A stretch of DNA of 64,000 nucleotides, taken from NCBI GenBank assembly GCA_022425325.1, contig JAKMFW010000100.1, positions 1 through 64,000 of the forward strand, given 5' to 3'. The position numbers were made by a program, and so were the translations under genes. Under the pieces are notes generated by a model. It had not been told where the DNA came from. It saw nothing but the letters and a program-made list of their open reading frames with translations, and ran no database searches. Shown one piece after another: positions 9,405 through 19,467 of this stretch (position 1 is the first letter of the stretch; each line of letters begins with the position of its first letter). This DNA comes from Acidimicrobiales bacterium. Lineage in GTDB: Bacteria > Actinomycetota > Acidimicrobiia > Acidimicrobiales > Aldehydirespiratoraceae.

Positions 9405-11165
9405 ATGCACGTTCATTTTGCCCGTACGAGCCTGGCGAGGCTGCTCGCCCTGCTGTTGGCCTTCGTGATGATCGCTGCGGCCTGTGGCGGGAGCGACGAC
9501 AGCGATGACAACGCTGCCGACACGCCGTCGGACAGCGACACCGGTAGCGACGAGTCGTCCGATGACGACGCTGGCGACGGCGACTCGGTCGTGCCGACCA
9601 TCACTGCGCCGGAAGAGGAGGAGGTTGCCGAGGAAGAGATCCAGCGCGGCGGCGTCCTTCGGGTCGCAATGGAGGCCGATGGCGACGGCATCAACCCGGT
9701 CGCCAACAACTTCGCGAACTCCGCCTACCTGATGGGCCAGTCGATCTTCGATCCGCTGTTCACGCTCGACCAGGACGGCAACTGGTTCCCGTATCTGGCG
9801 GAGTCCGCGAGCCCAGTTGAGGGCACGAGCTCGTGGCAGATCACGCTGCGTCAGGGGGTCACGTACCACGACGGTTCGGAGATGACCGCTGACGACATGA
9901 TTGCGGCGTTTGAGGCGCAGCTTGCCGATCCGATCATCTCGCTTGCGGTGGCTCCGTCGTTCCCGGCGGAGAACCGTGTTGAGCGGATCGATGACTACAC
10001 GGTGCAGTACAACCTGCTGCGCCCGTCGGCTCACTTCCCGACCAACCTGACCAGCCAGCTCGGCATGGTCCCGTCGGCAAGCTACATCGCCGCGGCGGCT
10101 GAGGATCCGACGATGGACCAGATGCCGATCGGGCAGGGTCCGTTCAAGATCGTCAGCCGCACCCAAGACGACAAGACCGTCGTCGAGCGCAACGAGGACT
10201 ACTGGCAGGGCACCGACAACATCTACCTCGACGGCATCGAATTCCTGCCGATCACCGACGCCGCGATCGCTGCCGAGCGTGTGGCCGCAGGAGACATTGA
10301 TCTCGTCGTGACGTCGAGTGCCGACGCAATCTTGACGCTGCGTGACGCCGAAGGTGTGAGCACCATCGAGAACGTCTACTCATCAGAGAACGACATCATG
10401 ATGAACACTCGGGCTGCGCCGTTCGACGATATCCGGGTGCGTCAGGCGCTGACCTACGCAACGGACCGTGAACGCCTCTCTTCGCTGATCAACCAGGGCA
10501 CGTCGCCGTTGGCCGACTCGATGTTCCACCCGGACCTCATCTGGAACAACCCTGACGTGGTTCAGGAGGGCAACATGCCTGAGCTGGCCGGCCCCCTGGT
10601 CGAGTCCTACTGCGCGGACGTGCCGGACAACTGCACCGACGGCAAGATCGACATGGAGCTCCAGTACTCGGGCCCGTCGGTGACTCAGACCCGTATCGCC
10701 GACATCCTCACTGCTGGTTGGGAGCCGTTCTTCAACGTCACTGAGCAGGAGTTGTTGCAGGACTCCCACATCCTTGAAGTCGCAATCGGCCAGTTCCAGG
10801 TCGTGACGTGGCGCCAGTTCGGTGCGGTCGAGCCTGACAACGAGGTTGTGTGGCTTGAGTGCGCCACCGCTGAGGGCTTCATCACGCTCAACTGGGTGCG
10901 TTGGTGCAGCCCGGAGCGCGATGAGTTGCTCTACGCCCAGCGCGCCACCGACGATCTCGACGCCCGCGTCGAGATGTGGCGTGAGATCCAGGCGGAGATG
11001 AACGAGTCCTACGCGTACATCTTCACCACCCACGCCAACTGGACCATCGGCTTCGGTGACCAGGTAAACAACCTGTGCGGACAGACCGGCCCAGGTGGAG
11101 AGACCCTGTTCTGTAACAACCAGGGACGGATGTTCTTCCACAACGTCTGGCTCGGCGAGGGCTGA
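9405..11165 (+). CDS. ABC transporter substrate-binding lipoprotein, family 5 (peptide/nickel, DppA/OppA-like)
   Basis: A signal peptide with a lipobox (IAAACGG) is followed by an acidic Ser/Asp-rich linker and then an SBP family 5 fold. I placed the start at MHVHFARTS (ATG at 9405). Confidence 0.8.
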   Translation: MHVHFARTSLARLLALLLAFVMIAAACGGSDDSDDNAADTPSDSDTGSDESSDDDAGDGDSVVPTITAPEEEEVAEEEIQRGGVLRVAMEADGDGINPVANNFANSAYLMGQSIFDPLFTLDQDGNWFPYLAESASPVEGTSSWQITLRQGVTYHDGSEMTADDMIAAFEAQLADPIISLAVAPSFPAENRVERIDDYTVQYNLLRPSAHFPTNLTSQLGMVPSASYIAAAAEDPTMDQMPIGQGPFKIVSRTQDDKTVVERNEDYWQGTDNIYLDGIEFLPITDAAIAAERVAAGDIDLVVTSSADAILTLRDAEGVSTIENVYSSENDIMMNTRAAPFDDIRVRQALTYATDRERLSSLINQGTSPLADSMFHPDLIWNNPDVVQEGNMPELAGPLVESYCADVPDNCTDGKIDMELQYSGPSVTQTRIADILTAGWEPFFNVTEQELLQDSHILEVAIGQFQVVTWRQFGAVEPDNEVVWLECATAEGFITLNWVRWCSPERDELLYAQRATDDLDARVEMWREIQAEMNESYAYIFTTHANWTIGFGDQVNNLCGQTGPGGETLFCNNQGRMFFHNVWLGEG

Positions 11166-11223
11166 TCCAAGCAAGCGGACGAATCGTCACCGGCAGCACA
11201 TCAAGATCTCGAGGAGTACGCAC

Positions 11224-12231
11224 GTGGCTCGTTTCATCGCACGCCGCGTCGTGCAGTTGATCCTGGTGTTGCTGTCGGTGACGTTCATCGCCTTCGGCGC
11301 CCTGAACTTTCTCGGCGACCCCCTCGTCAACATCGTCGGCCCGCTTGCGGCCATCGACTACTGCGACGAGGTGGAAGCGGGGCTCCGCGAGGACTCCTAC
11401 ACGTCCATCAACAACTCCAGGGGCGATTGCGAGATCATCGGTGAGGCCAAGGCTGATTTCGGTCTGGACAAGCCCGTCATTCAGCGGTACTTCACGTGGC
11501 TGGGCAACATCATCACCGGCGATCTCGGAACCTCGTTCCAGACCCAATTGCCGGTTAGTGAGATCATCGCCCAGAAGCTGCCGAAGTCACTGATGCTGAT
11601 GGTGATGGCCCAGATCATTGCGCTGGCCGTTGCGATCCCCGTTGGTGTGTATTCGGCCTATCGGGCGGGCAGAGCCGTCGATCGAGCGACCTCGGTGGCG
11701 TCGTTCGGTCTGCTCTCCATCCCGAACTTCGCGTTTGGCGTCATCGTCTTGCAGTTCTTCGCTCTGCGAAATCAATGGCTTCCCGCGTCCTTCGACGACA
11801 CGTCCATCGGAACGCGGATCCACTCACTCATCCTGCCGGCAACCGTTCTCGGTCTCGGTATCGCCGCGACCTACCAGCGCCTCCTGCGCACCGACCTCCT
11901 CACCACGTTGCAGGAGGACTTCGTGCACATGGCCCGCGCGAAGGGCATGACCGACCGTCACATCATGACCCGCCATGCGCTGCGACCCTCGCTGTTCTCA
12001 CTCATCACGGTGTTCGGCGTGAGCACCGGTGCGCTGATCGGCGGCTCGCTCGTGATCGAAGGCATCTTCTCGATTCCGGGCATCGGTTCGGAGATCGTCA
12101 CCGCCGTGGTCCGTGACGACTTCCCGGTCGTGCTCGGCTCGGTGGTCGTGATCGCAACCGGCTTCGTCGTGATCAACTTCTTCGTCGATCTCCTCTACAC
12201 CTGGCTCGATCCTCGGGTGCGTGCTTCATGA
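11224..12231 (+). CDS. ABC transporter permease (DppB/OppB-like)
   Basis: Six TM segments and the EAA-like motif (MARAKGMTDRHIMTRHALRPSL) identify it. The start GTG at 11224 follows a GAGGAG ribosome-binding site. Confidence 0.8.
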   Translation: MARFIARRVVQLILVLLSVTFIAFGALNFLGDPLVNIVGPLAAIDYCDEVEAGLREDSYTSINNSRGDCEIIGEAKADFGLDKPVIQRYFTWLGNIITGDLGTSFQTQLPVSEIIAQKLPKSLMLMVMAQIIALAVAIPVGVYSAYRAGRAVDRATSVASFGLLSIPNFAFGVIVLQFFALRNQWLPASFDDTSIGTRIHSLILPATVLGLGIAATYQRLLRTDLLTTLQEDFVHMARAKGMTDRHIMTRHALRPSLFSLITVFGVSTGALIGGSLVIEGIFSIPGIGSEIVTAVVRDDFPVVLGSVVVIATGFVVINFFVDLLYTWLDPRVRAS

Positions 12232-13118
12232 CCAACTCCGTTGCCTTCACCACCGTGGTAGATGACATCGACGACGAGGCGCTCGACGACGCCGTCAAGA
12301 AGCGGCTCGGATTCGGGTTCTGGGTCGCCATCTCCTGGATCGGGCTCGTCTCGCTCGCGGCGCTCCTCGCTCCGTGGCTGCCGATCGCTGATCCGAACGA
12401 GATCGCCAACGGTGCGCCACGCGATGGCATCCTCGGCGACAACTTTATGGGCACCGACGCGCTCGGACGCGATGTGTTTGCCCGCACGATCTGGGGAGCT
12501 CGGATTTCGCTCGGAGTTGGATTCCTCGGCATCCTTCTCGGGATCGTCGTCGGTGGTGCCATCGGGATCGCCGCCGGGTACTTCAAGGGCCTCACCGATC
12601 AGGTCATCAGTTTCGTGGTCTTCAGTCTCCTGTCGTTCCCGTCCCTCGTGCTGGCCCTGCTCATCACCGCATCGCTCAATCGCAGCTTCCTGACGGTGGC
12701 GATGACCCTCGGCATCGTCGGCATCGCCCCGATCAGTCGTCTCGCGCGCGCTACCACGATCCAGTTCGCCGAGCGCGAGTTTGTACAGGCAGCTCGAGTC
12801 ATCGGGGCCAAGAGCCGACGCATCATCATCAAGGAACTGCTGCCCAACGTTTTGGTTCCGATGGGTGCGCTCACGCTTCTCGGCATGGGTATTTCCATCG
12901 TCGCTGAGGGCGGCCTCGCCTTCCTTGGCCTCTCGGTCGAGGGTGAGGCGATCTCGTGGGGCAAGTCGATCGTCGATGGTTCCCAAACTCGCGATCTCAA
13001 CCAGAACTCGCACGTTGCCTTCGTGCCGATCTTCGCCATGTTCTTGACTGTGATGGCGCTGAACTTCGCCGGCGACCGGATCCGTGAATACACCGATGTC
13101 AGGGAGACGGCGTTCTGA
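12228..13118 (+). CDS. ABC transporter permease (DppC/OppC-like)
   Basis: It is a BPD-type TM permease. Its ATG overlaps the upstream stop. Confidence 0.8.
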   Translation: MTNSVAFTTVVDDIDDEALDDAVKKRLGFGFWVAISWIGLVSLAALLAPWLPIADPNEIANGAPRDGILGDNFMGTDALGRDVFARTIWGARISLGVGFLGILLGIVVGGAIGIAAGYFKGLTDQVISFVVFSLLSFPSLVLALLITASLNRSFLTVAMTLGIVGIAPISRLARATTIQFAEREFVQAARVIGAKSRRIIIKELLPNVLVPMGALTLLGMGISIVAEGGLAFLGLSVEGEAISWGKSIVDGSQTRDLNQNSHVAFVPIFAMFLTVMALNFAGDRIREYTDVRETAF

Positions 13119-14176
13119 TGGGCGATCCGCAGCTCACTGTTGAAGACCTTTACGTTCGCTTCCCGACCTCTCGCGGAACGGTCGAGGCCGTGAACGGCGT
13201 CAATTTCACCCTGGAGAAGGGGCAGATGCTCGGCATCGTCGGCGAGTCCGGCTCGGGCAAGTCGGTCACCGCCAAGACGCTCATGAACCTCCTGCCTCGC
13301 ACCGCCGAGGTCGACGGCAACATCACCTTCGAGGGAGACGATGTCCGAGCCGTCGCCAAGGAGCGCCGCAAGCACTTCTGGGGCGTCAAGATGACGATGG
13401 TCTTCCAGGATCCGATGACCTCGCTCAACCCGGTGAAGCGCTGCGGTGAGCAGATCACCGAAACACTCCGCTACCACCTCGGCGACGACAAGGCGACGGC
13501 CAGGAAGAAGGCCATCGACCTGCTCGAGCAGGTCGGCGTACCCGAGCCGGCCAAGCGCGTCGATCAATACCCGCACGAACTCTCCGGCGGCCTGCGGCAA
13601 CGAGTCGTGATTGCGATGGCGCTTGCCTGCGAGCCGTCGCTGTTGATCGCCGACGAACCCACGACTGCCGTCGACGTGACGGTGCAAAAGCGGCTCCTTG
13701 ATCTGCTCGACGGGCTTCGCCGTGACCGAGGCATGTCGATGATCCTCATCACCCACGACCTCGGTGTCGCCCGGGGCCGCTGCGACGACGTGGCGGTGAT
13801 GTACGGCGGCCGACTCGTCGAGCGGGCACCAACCGAAACCCTCTTCGCCGACTCCCGGCACCCGTACACCGAGGCGCTGCTGCGCACGATCCCGCGCATC
13901 GATCAGCCGAGCCACACGCGACTCGAGCCGATCGCCGGCCGCCCGCCGGAACTCATCGATCCGGCTGAGGAGTGCGCCTTCGCGCCTCGCTGCCGTTACG
14001 CCCAGCCCGACTGCCTCGGAACAATCCCTCCGGTCGGTGGCGTGAGGGGTCAACACGAATTCGCCTGCTTCCATCCGGCGAACACCGAGCGGGGACGACA
14101 AGCGCTCGATGCGAATCTCGCCGCTGGTCAGACCGTGACCGGATTGCAGATCCAGGCCAATGCGGGAGTGAACTGA
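13118..14176 (+). CDS. ABC transporter ATP-binding protein (DppD/OppD-like)
   Basis: It has Walker A (GESGSGKS), the ABC signature (LSGGLRQR), Walker B (LLIADEPTTAVD) and an oligopeptide C-terminal extension. Confidence 0.85.
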   Translation: MGDPQLTVEDLYVRFPTSRGTVEAVNGVNFTLEKGQMLGIVGESGSGKSVTAKTLMNLLPRTAEVDGNITFEGDDVRAVAKERRKHFWGVKMTMVFQDPMTSLNPVKRCGEQITETLRYHLGDDKATARKKAIDLLEQVGVPEPAKRVDQYPHELSGGLRQRVVIAMALACEPSLLIADEPTTAVDVTVQKRLLDLLDGLRRDRGMSMILITHDLGVARGRCDDVAVMYGGRLVERAPTETLFADSRHPYTEALLRTIPRIDQPSHTRLEPIAGRPPELIDPAEECAFAPRCRYAQPDCLGTIPPVGGVRGQHEFACFHPANTERGRQALDANLAAGQTVTGLQIQANAGVN

Positions 14177-15189
14177 TGGCCGGTACCGGACACGCGCCGC
14201 TGCGTGACGATCGCGACGTCCTCTTGACGGTCCGGGATCTCGAAGTCGAGTTCCCCGTGGGCCGCAACGAGGTGGTGCATGCCGTGAGCGGCATCAGCTT
14301 CGACGTTGCCGAAGGTGAGACCCTGGGCATCGTGGGTGAATCGGGTTGTGGCAAGTCCACTGTTGCCAAGTCGATCATTCGCCTCAACGACATCAAGTCC
14401 GGAAGCATCGACTACCAGGGCAACGACCTTGCGCACATGGAAGGCGAGGCGCTCCGCCAGATCCGTCCCGATCTGCAGATGATCTTCCAGGACCCGATCT
14501 CGTCGCTCAACCCGCGTCGCAAGATCCGCGACGTCATCAGCGAGGGCATCGCGGTGTGGGGCAACACGAAGGGTTCCTGGTCGCAGGAACGCGTCGAGGA
14601 ACTGATGGTCGCGGTCGGGATCGACCCGAAGTTCGGCGAACGCCGCCCGCACCAGTTCTCCGGTGGTCAGTGCCAGCGCATCGGTATCGCTCGTGCGCTC
14701 GCTCTCGATCCGAAGGTGTTGATCTGCGACGAGCCAGTGTCCGCACTCGACGTGTCGGTGCAGGCCCAAGTCCTCAACATCCTGGAGGACATGAAGGCCC
14801 GCTACGGCCTCACGTTGCTGTTCATCAGCCACGATCTCTCGGTCGTCAAGAACGTGTCCGATCGCATCATCGTGATGTACCTCGGCAAGGTCTGCGAGAT
14901 CGGCAACGCCGACGAGCTCTACGAACACCCTCGACACCCGTACACCCGTGCGCTGCTGGCGTCGATCCCTGAGCCGGCACCGACGGTCGATGTCAGCGAG
15001 AGCGACATCGAGGGTGAGCTTCCTTCGCCGATCCACCCGCCCGCAGGATGCCGGTTCAACACCCGGTGCCAGCACGCCACGGACATCTGTTTCACCGACG
15101 AACCGGTGATGCAGCAGGTCGGCGACAGCGACCACTACCTCGCCTGCCACCACCCGGTCGAGGTCTCGGTCTCGGTCGGCGAGCGCTGA
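14176..15189 (+). CDS. ABC transporter ATP-binding protein (DppF/OppF-like)
   Basis: It has Walker A (GESGCGKST), the signature (FSGGQCQR) and Walker B (VLICDEPVSALD). Its ATG at 14176 overlaps the upstream TGA. Confidence 0.85.
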   Translation: MAGTGHAPLRDDRDVLLTVRDLEVEFPVGRNEVVHAVSGISFDVAEGETLGIVGESGCGKSTVAKSIIRLNDIKSGSIDYQGNDLAHMEGEALRQIRPDLQMIFQDPISSLNPRRKIRDVISEGIAVWGNTKGSWSQERVEELMVAVGIDPKFGERRPHQFSGGQCQRIGIARALALDPKVLICDEPVSALDVSVQAQVLNILEDMKARYGLTLLFISHDLSVVKNVSDRIIVMYLGKVCEIGNADELYEHPRHPYTRALLASIPEPAPTVDVSESDIEGELPSPIHPPAGCRFNTRCQHATDICFTDEPVMQQVGDSDHYLACHHPVEVSVSVGER

Positions 15190-15201
15190 CGCCGAGGCCC
15201 G

Positions 15202-16206
15202 TCAGCGACGAACCCAGACCGTCTTCGACGACACGGTCGAGGCCCCTTCGATTGCCACCTCAACGACATCCTCGTCGTGGAGCTTGCGGAGGTGTGAGAG
15301 CACCGAGCGCGCTGCGGGTTTGTGCAGTTCCTTGCGGACATCGGCGTAGAGCACGTCGACGATGTCGCGAGCAGACTTCGGACCCGTGGCGAGTTGGGTC
15401 AGGATGCCGGCCTCGCGAGCGAGGCGATGATCGAGGAGTGCCGCCACGAACCCGTGGTGCTCTTCGACCGGAGCACCGTGGGTCGGGTAGAGCCGCCGAT
15501 CTTGGGGGCGGTCGAGCAGGACGCGCAGCGAGTCCAGATAGGCCCCAACATCGCCGTCGGGTGGCGGAATGATCGTCGTAGACCACCCCATCACATGGTC
15601 GCCGGAGAGCACGGCATGTTCCTCGTGCAATGCGAAGCACAGGTGGTTGCTGATGTGCCCGGGGGTGTGCAGCGCCTCGACGGTGTACCCAGGACCGTCG
15701 ACGACGTCGCCGTGGGCGAGTGCCGTCTCCGGATCGAAGTCGATGTCGGGTGCGTGCTTCCGTTGGAACTCCGGGTCGTCCTCGATCTGAGGCGCCTGGG
15801 TCTCGTCGCTCTCGTCGTCGCCTTCCCCCTCATCGTCGGGGTCGTCGTCGTGATCCTCACCCTCGCCGAGGGCGGTGTCAGGGTGGGGTCCGAACCCGAG
15901 CACAGGTGCGCCGGTTGCATCGGATAGTGCTGCTGCTGCAGGGGAGTGGTCGCCGTGAGTGTGGGTGATGAGGATGTGGCGAACGCGCTCACCGTCAAGC
16001 GCCTGCAACAACGCCTCGACGTGGCGTTCATCTCGTGGGCCCGGATCAACGACAGCCACGTCACCTCGGCCGATCACATAGGTGCCCGTGCCGTGGAAGG
16101 TGAACTTCGACGGGTTGCGACACACCATGCGGCGAAGCAGCGGCGAGACATTGACCATCTCGCCGTAGTGCGGTTCGAAGTCGACGATGAACATGGGTCC
16201 GGCCAT
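15202..16206 (-). CDS. MBL-fold metallo-hydrolase with an acidic insert
   Basis: The HTHGDH motif (HxHxDH) is present, followed by an acidic insert (DDDPDDEGEGDDESDE) and a downstream HTPGH motif. I placed the start at MAGPMFIVDF (cat at 16204-16206). Confidence 0.75.
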   Translation of the reverse strand: MAGPMFIVDFEPHYGEMVNVSPLLRRMVCRNPSKFTFHGTGTYVIGRGDVAVVDPGPRDERHVEALLQALDGERVRHILITHTHGDHSPAAAALSDATGAPVLGFGPHPDTALGEGEDHDDDPDDEGEGDDESDETQAPQIEDDPEFQRKHAPDIDFDPETALAHGDVVDGPGYTVEALHTPGHISNHLCFALHEEHAVLSGDHVMGWSTTIIPPPDGDVGAYLDSLRVLLDRPQDRRLYPTHGAPVEEHHGFVAALLDHRLAREAGILTQLATGPKSARDIVDVLYADVRKELHKPAARSVLSHLRKLHDEDVVEVAIEGASTVSSKTVWVRR

Positions 16207-16208
16207 GT

Positions 16209-16457
16209 TCAGGCTCCCCGGGCGTGACGGGCCTTGACCGTCTCCCGCCAGATGCGAACGGCGATGAAGGTAAGCCCAGCGAAGATCATGAAGGCCGTGA
16301 GCAGTTGGGCGTAACCGCCACGGTCGCCCGGATTCTCCGGCTTTGGTCCGGCGGCAGGCGAGCCGATGATACGGCCGGCGTCGTCGTAGTAGTCGGCGTC
16401 GCTCGAGTCCTGGGCGAGTTCGATGACCGTCGAGAGCAGGGTCATCGTGGCGCTCAT
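16209..16457 (-). CDS. Small membrane protein (82 aa) translationally coupled between the SDR and MBL genes
   Basis: The sequence MSATMTLLSTVIELAQDSSDADYYDD...LLTAFMIFAGLTFIAVRIW contains one C-terminal TM helix. Its ATG at 16457 overlaps the SDR stop (ATGA), and its stop lies 2 nt from the MBL start. Confidence 0.45.
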   Translation of the reverse strand: MSATMTLLSTVIELAQDSSDADYYDDAGRIIGSPAAGPKPENPGDRGGYAQLLTAFMIFAGLTFIAVRIWRETVKARHARGA

Positions 16458-17245
16458 GTCTGGTTGACCTCGCCGGTTGCTGCGTCGAGGTAGGCAGCCC
16501 CCTCGCCGCCACCGTCGACGGGGATCGCGCAACCGCTCATCCAGCGGGCGAGCGGTGAGACGCAGAACAGCACCACGTCGGCCACGTCAGCGGGGTCGCC
16601 CATGCGGCCGAGCGGCAACATCGCGCCGACCGCATCGATGCCGGCCTGGTCGCCGTAGAACAGGTGGGCGTCCTCGGTGACGATCATGCCGACGACCGGG
16701 GCGATCACCCGGATCTTCGGACCCCATTCGTGGGCGAGCGTTTCGGTCATATTGATCAGCCCGGCCTTCGCAGCGCCGTAGGCGACGCCCTTGGGGTTGG
16801 CCCGGGTGCCCGAGACCGAGGCGATATTGACGATGACGCCGCCATCTTCCTGTGCCTGCATGATGTCGTGCACCGCCTGGCTGAAGAGCATCGGGGCCAG
16901 CAGGTTAAGGGCGACGATTTTCTCGTTGAAGCGGGGTGAGACTGTGGCGCTCTCGGCTGGTGGCGCGCCACCGGCGTTGTTGACGAGGATGTCGACCCGA
17001 CCGGTGCGCTCGACCGCGGCGTCGACCACGGCACCGACCTGCTCCGCATCTCGAACGTCAGCGGCGACGAAGTGGGCCTCGCGTCCGCCGGCGCTTACCG
17101 GCGTCTGGGGGGCGTTTCGGGCACAGACGATCACCTCGGCGCCGTGCTCGAGAAGCGTCGTCGCAATGACCCAGCCGAGGCCCTTCGTTCCGCCGGTGAC
17201 GATCGCCGTGCGGCCGTTCAGATCGAGGGGATTGCTCACGTACAC
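16454..17245 (-). CDS. Short-chain dehydrogenase/reductase (SDR)
   Basis: It has the TGGTKGLG glycine motif, an NNAG motif and a YGAAK catalytic motif. Confidence 0.8.
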   Translation of the reverse strand: MYVSNPLDLNGRTAIVTGGTKGLGWVIATTLLEHGAEVIVCARNAPQTPVSAGGREAHFVAADVRDAEQVGAVVDAAVERTGRVDILVNNAGGAPPAESATVSPRFNEKIVALNLLAPMLFSQAVHDIMQAQEDGGVIVNIASVSGTRANPKGVAYGAAKAGLINMTETLAHEWGPKIRVIAPVVGMIVTEDAHLFYGDQAGIDAVGAMLPLGRMGDPADVADVVLFCVSPLARWMSGCAIPVDGGGEGAAYLDAATGEVNQT

Positions 17246-17724
17246 ACCTCCGTGATGGTCACGATCGCCTCGGCGAATGCGGCATCGTTCAGCGCCGCGG
17301 CGCGGGGATCGTCGACGGGGAGGTCGCTCACGACGAAGTCGATCTCGAAGAGCAACGCTTCGAAACCGGCGTAGGCATCGGTCAAGAGCCCGATTGCGTC
17401 TGTGGCCTCGTCAGGCGCAAGCGCCGCCGTCTGATCGAGAACATCGACCGTGTCGCCGAGCACCACAATGAATTCCGCCGGTGGCTCTCCGGCCATCGTC
17501 GCCAGCATGGTGCGGGCGATGTTGTCGAGGAGCATGTTGACCTGCTCGACCCCCTCGCAGAACGTCGCTGGCGGCCCAGCTGGTTCGGTGGTGGTCGTCG
17601 AGCTGGTCGAGCTCGTCGTCGTGGTGTCGGCCACGTCTCGCTCGGGGTCGGCGTCGTCGCCACACGCCGCCGTCATCCCGGCGATCGAGACGGTCAGGGT
17701 AATCAGGGCGAACGAGCGACGCAT
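17236..17724 (-). CDS. Putative lipoprotein with a Thr/Ser-rich linker
   Basis: The start was moved to MRRSFALITLTVSIAGMTAACGDD, which gives a signal peptide with a lipobox Cys. A TTTSSTSSTTTTE linker follows. Confidence 0.55.
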   Translation of the reverse strand: MRRSFALITLTVSIAGMTAACGDDADPERDVADTTTTSSTSSTTTTEPAGPPATFCEGVEQVNMLLDNIARTMLATMAGEPPAEFIVVLGDTVDVLDQTAALAPDEATDAIGLLTDAYAGFEALLFEIDFVVSDLPVDDPRAAALNDAAFAEAIVTITEVCT

Positions 17725-17795
17725 CGGAGGCGAGACTACCGCTCGGGCCGCTGATGTCGCATGGTGGGCTCCTCCCCGGGTACGGTCAGCACTGA

Positions 17796-17812
17796 TCTGA
17801 CGCATCGTCAGA
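17796..17812. promoter_or_regulatory. Palindromic operator candidate upstream of the CoA-transferase/ACAD operon
   Basis: A perfect 7-3-7 inverted repeat, TCTGACG-CAT-CGTCAGA, ends 28 bp before the ipdA-like ATG. Confidence 0.35.
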
Positions 17813-17839
17813 AACGGGCCCGACCAGAAGGGGAACGGC

Positions 17840-18703
17840 GTGGCCGACAAGCGCATGACCGAGGACGAGGTCGTCGCCGAGCTCGAGAGCGGGATGACGA
17901 TCGGGATCGGCGGTTGGGGGTCGCGCCGCAAGCCGATGTCGTTGGTGCGGGCGATCCTCCGAAGCGACCTGACCGACCTTCACATCGTGAGCTACGGCGG
18001 TCCCGATGTCGGGATCCTCACCGCCGCCGGGAAGTGCCGCAAGGTCACCTACGGCTTCGTGTCGCTCGACTCGATTCCGCTCGAACCGCACTTCCGGGCA
18101 GTGCGCCAGGGCGGTCTGCTGCCCGACTTCATGGAACTCGACGAGGGCGCCTTCTATCTCGGGTTGATGGCCGCTGCCCATCGGGTGCCCTTCTACCCGA
18201 CTCGGGCCGGCCTCGGTTCGGCCATGCTGAGCGAGAACCCCGAACTTCGCACCGTCACGTCGCCCTATGGCGACGGCGAGGAACTCGTCGCAATCCCCGC
18301 CTTCGACATGGATGCCGTGCTTCTCCACATGAACCGTGCCGACGAAAAAGGCAACGGGCAGTTCCTCGGCCCCGACCTCTACTTCGACGATCTGTTCGCG
18401 ATGGCTGGCACGAAGACCTACATGTCGGCGGAGAAGATCATCGCCACCGAGGACTTTCTCCGTGAGGGCCCGGTCCACACGCTGAAAATCCCCCGCACGC
18501 ACGTCGACGGCGTCGTCGAGGCTCCGATGGGAGCGCACTTCACGGAGTGCCCGCCCGACTACGGCCGCGATGAGGCGTTCCAGCGTGAGTACGCCGCCAC
18601 GGCCAAGGATCCCGAGGCGTGGGCGCAGTTTCGAGCCGACTGGCTCGAACTCGAATCACACGAGGCCTACCGAGCCAAGCTCGAGGAAAGGGGGCAGGCG
18701 TGA
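17840..18703 (+). CDS. CoA-transferase subunit A (family I, IpdA-like; glutaconate/3-oxoacid CoA-transferase alpha-type)
   Basis: The motif SGMTIGIGGWGSRRKPM and the overall composition resemble alpha subunits of two-component CoA-transferases, including mycobacterial IpdA, recalled from memory. Confidence 0.7.
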   Translation: MADKRMTEDEVVAELESGMTIGIGGWGSRRKPMSLVRAILRSDLTDLHIVSYGGPDVGILTAAGKCRKVTYGFVSLDSIPLEPHFRAVRQGGLLPDFMELDEGAFYLGLMAAAHRVPFYPTRAGLGSAMLSENPELRTVTSPYGDGEELVAIPAFDMDAVLLHMNRADEKGNGQFLGPDLYFDDLFAMAGTKTYMSAEKIIATEDFLREGPVHTLKIPRTHVDGVVEAPMGAHFTECPPDYGRDEAFQREYAATAKDPEAWAQFRADWLELESHEAYRAKLEERGQA

Positions 18704-19467
18704 GTGACACCACCGAAGCGACGCTTGCCGAGATCTGCATCGTCGCCCTCGCCGAGGCGTTCCGTGGCGACGGCGAGGTGCTGTGCAACCCGATGGGCCC
18801 CGTGCCGGTGATTGCCGGTCGCCTCGCCCGGGCCACGTTCGAACCCGACCTGATGCTCACCGACACGATTGCGTATGCGATCGAGGGAAATCTTCCCCTC
18901 GGTGGCGACCCGTCCGATGCCGTCGTCGAGTCGTACATGCCGTTCCGCACGATCTTTGATCAGGTCTGGTCGGGCAAGCGCCATGTCGTCATGGGAGCCC
19001 CCCAGATCGATCGCTATGGCAACCAGAACTTCGCAGCCATCGGCGACGACTATCGCAAGCCGAAGGCCCAACTGCTCGGCATGCGCGGCGCACCCGGCAA
19101 CCTGATCAACCACGCCACCACCTACTGGATCCCCACGCAGGTCCGCTCCTTCGTCGAGTCGGTCGATGTCGTCAGCGGCCCCGGTAACGACACGATCGCT
19201 TCCTTGCCCGAGGCGACCGGACGGTTCCACGAAATTCGTCGGGTCGTCACCGACCTCGGCGCCTACGACTTCGAAACCAGCGACGGCACGATGCGGGTGC
19301 GGTCGTTGCACCCGGGTGTCACGCTCGAGCAGGCGCAGGAAGCCTCGGCGTTCGAACTCACCGTGACCGGTGAGGTTCCCGAGAGCCGACTGCCCACCGA
19401 TGAGGAACGTCACCTCATCCGTGAGGTCTTCGACCCGAACGGTGTCCGAAACGGCGAGTTCCGCTGA
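18700..19467 (+). CDS. CoA-transferase subunit B (IpdB-like)
   Basis: Its GTG at 18700 overlaps the subunit-A stop (GTGA) and follows an AGGAAAGGGGG ribosome-binding site. The 255-aa size fits a beta subunit. Confidence 0.65.
   Translation: MSDTTEATLAEICIVALAEAFRGDGEVLCNPMGPVPVIAGRLARATFEPDLMLTDTIAYAIEGNLPLGGDPSDAVVESYMPFRTIFDQVWSGKRHVVMGAPQIDRYGNQNFAAIGDDYRKPKAQLLGMRGAPGNLINHATTYWIPTQVRSFVESVDVVSGPGNDTIASLPEATGRFHEIRRVVTDLGAYDFETSDGTMRVRSLHPGVTLEQAQEASAFELTVTGEVPESRLPTDEERHLIREVFDPNGVRNGEFR

Noticed and set aside
8349-10166. 605-aa minus-strand ORF across the SDR and substrate-binding protein genes
   Set aside because: It is antisense to well-supported plus-strand genes. It has no domain signatures and a shadow-ORF composition.
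12599-14101. 500-aa minus-strand ORF antisense to the ABC permease and ATPase genes
   Set aside because: It is antisense to two genes with unambiguous Walker/ABC motifs. Its composition is dominated by Arg/Ala/Gly runs.
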